Source: Nitrospirota bacterium (lineage in GTDB: Bacteria; Nitrospirota; UBA9217). Taken from it: DNA of 64,000 bases. The notes beneath the pieces were generated by a model. That model did not search any database. It saw nothing but the letters and a program-made list of their open reading frames with translations, and was not told the origin of the DNA. How positions within the stretch are numbered: position 1 is the stretch's first letter; every line of letters starts with the position of its first letter. Of the stretch, positions 58,299 to 64,000 are shown piece after piece. The position numbers were made by a program, and so were the translations under genes. The DNA is taken from the NCBI GenBank assembly GCA_963754875.1, contig CAVWHO010000016.1:64001-128000 (forward strand). The letters run 5' to 3'.

Positions 58299-60095
58299 GT
58301 GAGTGCATTCTATAAAAATCTGGCACTGATACTGCTGTTCGTCGTGGTATCGGTGCTCATCTTTAATCTGTTCAACCCCGTGAGCCAGACGGCGATGCAG
58401 ATCCCCTTCAGCGACGTCATGGACAAGATCTCGAACGGTGAAGTGAACGACGTTACGATCAAGGGCGCAGAAATGTCCGGCACGTTCAAGACCGGCAAGT
58501 CCTTTAAGACGAATCTTCCCGACTATCCTGACCTGGTCAAGGATCTGCGGACCAAGGGTGTCAAGATCAACGTGGAACCGATCAAGGAATCAGGATGGTA
58601 CAACTTCCTCGTGGTATGGGCACCGCTCATCCTCATGGCGCTCTGGTTCTTGTTCATCATGCGCAACATGCAGATGGGCGGAAACAAGGCCATGTCCTTC
58701 GGCAAAAGCAAGGCCAAACTCCTGAACGAAAGCTCCAAGAAGGTGACCTTCAATGAGGTTGCCGGCATGGATGAAGCGAAGGTGGAAGTCCAGGAGATCA
58801 TCGAGATCCTGAAGGACCCGCAGAAGTTCCAGAAACTAGGCGGCAAGATCCCCAAGGGAGTGCTGCTGGTCGGCCCTCCGGGCACGGGAAAGACGCTCCT
58901 TGCGCGCGCTATTGCGGGCGAGGCGGGCGTGCCGTTCCTTTCGATCAGCGGTTCGGATTTCGTCGAGATGTTCGTGGGTGTGGGCGCATCCCGTGTCCGC
59001 GACCTCTTCGAGCAGGGCAAGAAGAATGCTCCCTGCATCATCTTTATCGACGAAATCGACGCCGTGGGCAGGCACCGCGGTGCAGGCCTCGGCGGCGGCC
59101 ACGATGAACGCGAGCAGACGTTAAACCAGCTTTTGGTCGAGATGGATGGTTTTGAAAGCAACGAAGGAGTCATCCTCGTGGCCGCAACGAACCGGCCCGA
59201 CGTGCTCGATCCGGCATTGCTCCGTCCCGGCAGGTTCGACCGCCAAGTCGTGATCCCCCGGCCCGATTTGAACGGAAGGGTCGGCGTTTTGAAGGTCCAT
59301 ACGCAGAAGATAAAGCTTGCCCCGCACGTTGATCTTGAAGCGATTGCCCGCGGCACCCCCGGGCTCTCCGGAGCAGAACTCGCGAACCTCGTGAATGAAG
59401 CAGCGCTCCTCGCCGGCAGAATGGGCAAGACACAGGTTGAAAACGACGACTTCGACCGCGCGAAGGACAAAGTCCTCATGGGCCTTGAACGGAGGTCCAT
59501 GATTATCAGCGACGAAGAAAAGAAGAACACGGCGTACCATGAGGCGGGTCATACTATGGTCGCAAGGCTCATTCCCGGCACCGACCCCGTGCACAAGGTC
59601 TCGATCATCCCGCGCGGCATGGCCTTGGGTATCACGCTCCAATTACCGACTGCTGACCGCTACTCCTATGACCGGGAACATCTCTTGAACAACATAGCAA
59701 TCCTGCTCGGCGGCAGGGCTGCGGAGGAAATCGCACTCAAGCACATGACCACCGGCGCAGGCAATGATATCGAACGCGCGACGGCGCTCGCCCGAAAAAT
59801 GGTGACCGAATGGGGCATGAGCGACAAGATGGGCCCCCTCGCCTACGGCAAGAAGGAAGAGCAGATATTCCTCGGCCGCGAGATTGCACAGCACCGCGAC
59901 TACAGCGAGCATACGGCCATTGAGATCGACGAAGAAGTCAAACGCATCGTATCGGACAACTACGAACGGGCCAAAAAATTGATCAGCGACCGCCGGGAAA
60001 CGCTCGACCAGCTTACCAAGGCACTCCTTGAGAAGGAAACACTCGACGCTTCCGAAATCGATGCCATTGTCAACGGCCAGCCCGCGGTGGCGTAG
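58299..60095 (+). CDS. ftsH: ATP-dependent zinc metalloprotease FtsH
   Basis: GPPGTGKT, second region of homology and HEAGH; GTG start after AGGAGG. Confidence 0.97.
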   Translation: MSAFYKNLALILLFVVVSVLIFNLFNPVSQTAMQIPFSDVMDKISNGEVNDVTIKGAEMSGTFKTGKSFKTNLPDYPDLVKDLRTKGVKINVEPIKESGWYNFLVVWAPLILMALWFLFIMRNMQMGGNKAMSFGKSKAKLLNESSKKVTFNEVAGMDEAKVEVQEIIEILKDPQKFQKLGGKIPKGVLLVGPPGTGKTLLARAIAGEAGVPFLSISGSDFVEMFVGVGASRVRDLFEQGKKNAPCIIFIDEIDAVGRHRGAGLGGGHDEREQTLNQLLVEMDGFESNEGVILVAATNRPDVLDPALLRPGRFDRQVVIPRPDLNGRVGVLKVHTQKIKLAPHVDLEAIARGTPGLSGAELANLVNEAALLAGRMGKTQVENDDFDRAKDKVLMGLERRSMIISDEEKKNTAYHEAGHTMVARLIPGTDPVHKVSIIPRGMALGITLQLPTADRYSYDREHLLNNIAILLGGRAAEEIALKHMTTGAGNDIERATALARKMVTEWGMSDKMGPLAYGKKEEQIFLGREIAQHRDYSEHTAIEIDEEVKRIVSDNYERAKKLISDRRETLDQLTKALLEKETLDASEIDAIVNGQPAVA

Positions 60096-60104
60096 GAGGC
60101 AGGC

Positions 60105-61265
60105 ATGGGGCCTGTTCTTCGGATTTCCGGCCATGAAGTGTTCTCTATAACCGTGGATGGGCTCACGTCCGGACAGGAAGCGGCCATCCGCGACGCCATT
60201 ACCGCATCAGACAACGGGGCAGGTCTTGGACTTGCCCCGTTTTTTTCTTCCTCGCAGCCTTTTTCGGAACTGGTTCTGAGCGGGACCGGGGACCGGATCA
60301 AGCGCGCCTCCCGAATGATTTCTGCCTCCGGCGGTTTTACCGCTGAACTTTCAAAAAAAATTGACTCTCTTCTTGACAACTATGCACGCTCAGATTATAA
60401 GATTGAGTGCAAGGGGAAAGTTCTCGATGTCGGCAGCCGCACCCATATCATGGGCATCCTGAACGTGACTCCTGATTCGTTCTCCGACGGAGGCCTGTTC
60501 GCTGATGTGGAAAAAGCTATTTCCCATGCATGGGAAATGGCAACAGCAGGAGCGGACATCATCGACATCGGAGGAGAATCAACCAGGCCGGGGTCGGAAC
60601 CCCTTGCCGAAGAAGAAGAACTGCGAAGGATCATCCCGCTCATTGAGCGGTTGTCAAAAGAACTGACCGTCCCCATTTCCGTCGACACTTACAAAGCATC
60701 AGTGGCAAAAAAGGCGCTCGAAGCAGGCGCCTCCATCGTAAACGACATCAGCGGCCTCCGGTTCTCGCCGGACATGGCAAGAGTGGTTGCCGAGCACGGA
60801 GCGGCCGTCATCATCATGCACATCAAAGGCACGCCGCGCAACATGCAGCAGGACCCGGTGTATGATGATGTGATCGGAGAAATCATAGCCTACCTCGACG
60901 AAGGGATCGCGATTGCCGAGCGGGCCGGTGTTGACCGGGAAAAAACGCTTATCGACCCCGGCATAGGATTCGGGAAAACACCCGAGCACAACCTCACGAT
61001 CCTGGACCGGCTCGATGAGTTCCGGGCCCTCGGCAGACCGATCGTACTCGGGACATCGAGGAAGAAGTTTATCGGCACGGTCTTGGATATTCCGGCACCC
61101 GAGCAGCGCGTCGAGGGAACAGCCGCAACCGTGGCTATCGGGATCGACCGGGGCGCGAACGTCGTACGGGTCCACGACGTGGCGCGCGTGGCGCAGGTCG
61201 TCCGGATGACCGATGCGATCGTTCGAGCAGGCATCAAACACCAAATCACCTATGAACACGAGTGA
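60105..61265 (+). CDS. folP: Dihydropteroate synthase with an N-terminal extension of about 100 aa
   Basis: MGILNVTPDSFSDGG, GGESTRPG, DPGIGFGK, SRKKF and RVHDV. Confidence 0.95.
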   Translation: MGPVLRISGHEVFSITVDGLTSGQEAAIRDAITASDNGAGLGLAPFFSSSQPFSELVLSGTGDRIKRASRMISASGGFTAELSKKIDSLLDNYARSDYKIECKGKVLDVGSRTHIMGILNVTPDSFSDGGLFADVEKAISHAWEMATAGADIIDIGGESTRPGSEPLAEEEELRRIIPLIERLSKELTVPISVDTYKASVAKKALEAGASIVNDISGLRFSPDMARVVAEHGAAVIIMHIKGTPRNMQQDPVYDDVIGEIIAYLDEGIAIAERAGVDREKTLIDPGIGFGKTPEHNLTILDRLDEFRALGRPIVLGTSRKKFIGTVLDIPAPEQRVEGTAATVAIGIDRGANVVRVHDVARVAQVVRMTDAIVRAGIKHQITYEHE

Positions 61266-61268
61266 AAG

Positions 61269-61389
61269 TACCCCGCAGCAGAGCTGCGGGGCATCTGGCC
61301 TTGGAACCTAAAGATACATCGAAACAAGAGGCTAATCCTGACTACGTCAGGATGTCCTTTTCATCCCAGCAGCAGAGCTGCTGGGTATT
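61269..61389. mobile_element. Putative non-autonomous palindromic element with three hairpins
   Basis: CCCCGCAGC-AGA-GCTGCGGGG (61271-61291), ATCCTGAC-TAC-GTCAGGAT (61335-61353) and CCCAGCAGC-AGA-GCTGCTGGG (61365-61385). Confidence 0.5.
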
Positions 61390-61501
61390 TCAGGACGCTT
61401 TTATAAACACAGGCAAAAACCGCACAGCTTGGAATTTAGAGATTGCCGCTTGGGATTCATTCGGGATGTGAGATTCGCAATTTGGGACTTTTCTTTGCTC
61501 A

Positions 61502-62296
61502 ATGCTCAATAATTTCACTGACATACGCGGTGCCCTTGCACACTTCCGCTGGTTCAACGATACAGTAGACATCGCGCTGGTATATTATCTTTTTTACCGG
61601 CTGCTCCTTCTCATCAAGGGCACGCGCGCATTCCAGATGCTCATCGGCATTGGTCTGATCGTACTGGTACTCGTTGCCTCCCAGACGTTCGAATTCTTCA
61701 CCCTCGACTGGCTCATTCATAGTTTCTGGTCCCAGATCGTGCTCGCTGTCGTGATCCTGTTCCAGCCCGAGATCAGAAGGACCCTCGCCCGGGTCGGCGA
61801 ACGCCCTCTGTTCCGGTCACTCTCAACGGTTGAAGGCTCCAAGTTCATCGAGGAAACGGTCAAGGCGGCCGTATCCATGGCGAACAAGCGGATTGGGGCG
61901 CTCATCGTGCTCGAACGGGACACCGATCTCACGACGATCGTAGAGATGGGCACCGATCTCGATGCCAAAGTCACCAAGGAGATCCTGGTGAGCATCTTCC
62001 TCCCCTACTCCCCGATCCACGATGGCGCCGCCATAATCAGGAACGGGAGGATCGTTGCCGCCGGCTGTTTCCTGCCGCTCACGCTTTCATCGAACCTTTC
62101 AAAGGCGCTCGGTACACGCCACCGAGCCGCGGTCGGTCTCACGGAAGAAGCGGACGCCGTGGTGGTGGTCGTATCGGAGGAAACCGGCGAAATTTCCGTG
62201 GTCAGGAACGGCGCGATCGAGCACAATACAGACGCGTCTGCGCTCAGGACGACGCTATCCAATATTTTCATCCAGAGGAAAAATAGGAAGGCATAG
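61502..62296 (+). CDS. cdaA: Diadenylate cyclase CdaA/DacA
   Basis: 3 TM helices, FQPEIRR, PIHDGA and GTRHRAA. Confidence 0.95.
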   Translation: MLNNFTDIRGALAHFRWFNDTVDIALVYYLFYRLLLLIKGTRAFQMLIGIGLIVLVLVASQTFEFFTLDWLIHSFWSQIVLAVVILFQPEIRRTLARVGERPLFRSLSTVEGSKFIEETVKAAVSMANKRIGALIVLERDTDLTTIVEMGTDLDAKVTKEILVSIFLPYSPIHDGAAIIRNGRIVAAGCFLPLTLSSNLSKALGTRHRAAVGLTEEADAVVVVVSEETGEISVVRNGAIEHNTDASALRTTLSNIFIQRKNRKA

Positions 62297-62297
62297 C

Positions 62298-62954
62298 ATG
62301 GATGTCCGGAAACTTCTCTTCGAAAATTGGGGCATCAAACTCCTCTCGCTGGTTTTATCGGTCTCTCTTTGGTTCTATGTCACTTCAAAAGGCAAGACCG
62401 AGATGACGCTCACCGTGCCGCTCGAGCTGCGAAACATCCCGCAAAACATGGCCGTGGTCGGTAACGTGGCCGGTTCCCTCGACGTGCGTGTGCAAGGACA
62501 GGAGCGGGCGCTCCGTGACATTACGATCGGGAAAAAGGTGTATGGTTCCCTCGACCTGTCCCTGACCAAAATCGGCGAGAATGTCGTGCCAATTTCGCCC
62601 GACGATATTCGCCGGCCTTCAGGGGTGACCGTCATGCATATTTCCCAGTCAGAAGTCAAAGTGAAGCTGGAACCGCTAGTACGAAAAACCTTCCGCCTCA
62701 AGCCCATCCTCTATGGCCTTCCCGCCGCAGGCTATCGTGTCAGAAGGATTGCAGTCACTCCTCACCACATAACGGCGGAAGGCCCGGAAAGTGTTATCAA
62801 GACACTGGAAAGCCTCCAAACCATGCCGATCGACGTTCAGGGGGCAACCACGGGCTTGACCGTCGAACCCAAGATCGACTATCAGGGGAAATCAATCAAG
62901 ATCATTGATACCAATATATCTGTCCGGATAACAATCGAAAGGGCAAACAGATGA
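62298..62954 (+). CDS. cdaR: CdaR (YbbR-domain) regulator
   Basis: [20 protein letters not shown]-terminus and YbbR-like repeats; lies between cdaA and glmM. Confidence 0.88.
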   Translation: MDVRKLLFENWGIKLLSLVLSVSLWFYVTSKGKTEMTLTVPLELRNIPQNMAVVGNVAGSLDVRVQGQERALRDITIGKKVYGSLDLSLTKIGENVVPISPDDIRRPSGVTVMHISQSEVKVKLEPLVRKTFRLKPILYGLPAAGYRVRRIAVTPHHITAEGPESVIKTLESLQTMPIDVQGATTGLTVEPKIDYQGKSIKIIDTNISVRITIERANR

Positions 62955-64000
62955 AAAAACTATTTGGAACCGATGGGGTCCGGGGAGTGGCGAACAAGGA
63001 TCCCATGACTTCGGAGATGGCGCTCCGCATCGGCAGGGCCGCGGCCCATGTGTTCCGCGATTCTGCACGCAGGCACCGCATCGTTATCGGCAAAGACACG
63101 AGATTGTCGGGCTATATGATCGAAAGCGCACTGACATCGGGCCTCTGCTCCATGGGTATGGACGTGCTGCTCATCGGGCCGGTGCCCACGCCGGGGATTG
63201 CATTCCTGACCAGGAGTCTGCGGGCCGACGCAGGTGTCGTTATTTCTGCGTCGCATAACCCCTACGAAGACAACGGGATCAAATTCTTCGGCAGGGACGG
63301 ATTCAAGCTTCCTGATGAGACGGAAGAAAAGATGGAGGAACTGATCTATTCCGGCGAGATCGACGCCATCCGGCCCACGGCCGCAGAAATCGGCAAGGCG
63401 AACCGCATCGACGATGCAATCGGCAGATACAATGAGTTTGTGAAATCATCGATTCCCCGCGGCATGGACCTCTCGGGACTGCGCATTGTCGTCGATTCGG
63501 CAAACGGCGCGGCATACAAGATAGGCCCGCGCATCCTCATGGAACTGGGAGCAGACGTTATTTCCCTGTACGACCAGCCAACCGGCATGAACATCAACCA
63601 GGGTTGCGGCTCGCTCTATCCCGAAGTCATCTCACGGGCCGTCGTGGCCAACCAGGCACAGGTCGGGATCGCTTTTGACGGGGACGCGGACCGGATCATT
63701 TTCTGCGACGAACGCGGCACGGTGGTGGACGGCGACACAGTCATGGCGATCTGCGCACTCAGGATGATGAAGGAAGGCAGGCTCAAGCAGAACACGCTTG
63801 TTGCCACGGTCATGAGCAATCTCGGTCTTGAACTCGCAATGCAGCACGCGGGCGGCAAGCTGGTTGCGAGCTGCAGTCGGCGACCGGTATGTCATGGAGA
63901 AAATGCTGTCGGGCGGCTTCAATCTCGGAGGCGAGCAGTCGGGCCACATCATCTTCCTGGACCACAATACTACGGGCGATGGCCTCATTTCCGCGCTCCA
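62951..64000 (+). CDS. glmM: Phosphoglucosamine mutase (runs off the window end; frameshift near 63865)
   Basis: [27 protein letters not shown] and FDGDADR; then VGDRYV and GGEQSGH in a shifted frame. Confidence 0.93.
   Translation, partial: MKKLFGTDGVRGVANKDPMTSEMALRIGRAAAHVFRDSARRHRIVIGKDTRLSGYMIESALTSGLCSMGMDVLLIGPVPTPGIAFLTRSLRADAGVVISASHNPYEDNGIKFFGRDGFKLPDETEEKMEELIYSGEIDAIRPTAAEIGKANRIDDAIGRYNEFVKSSIPRGMDLSGLRIVVDSANGAAYKIGPRILMELGADVISLYDQPTGMNINQGCGSLYPEVISRAVVANQAQVGIAFDGDADRIIFCDERGTVVDGDTVMAICALRMMKEGRLKQNTLVATVMSNLGLELAMQHAGGKLVASCSRRPVCHGENAVGRLQSRRRAVGPHHLPGPQYYGRWPHFRAP

Noticed and set aside
1..64000. CRISPR array, prophage or integron
   Set aside because: No regularly spaced direct repeats, and no cas, phage or integrase genes were found.

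Overview
A 64 kb chromosomal window from a GC-rich, diderm, probably anaerobic or microaerophilic bacterium. Gene content and order suggest Nitrospirota or a Desulfobacterota-like lineage (inference). Core genes include tolQRAB, two moeA genes, dnaJ-hspR-clpB, aspS and dksA-tRNA(CAU)-tilS-hpt-ftsH-folP-cdaA-cdaR-glmM, interleaved with two large signalling clusters. There is no CRISPR array, rRNA or intact transposase. Main points: (1) a single 2639-aa ORF (28219-36138) fuses FixC/ETF-quinone oxidoreductase, a FixX-type ferredoxin, two complementary acyl-CoA dehydrogenase domains, EtfB and EtfA, i.e. potentially a whole acyl-CoA-to-quinone electron chain in one polypeptide. (2) An unannotated 55-aa dual-CxxC probable selenoprotein (38246-38413, minus strand) has an in-frame TGA and a SECIS-like hairpin, next to a collapsed sqr-arsR sulfur locus. 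(3) A thioredoxin reductase lacks both NADPH-binding motifs. (4) Back-to-back sigma54 promoters with IHF-like sites drive CW-motif proteins and a haem-c sensing cluster. Several single-base frameshifts, one of them in glmM, look like assembly errors.
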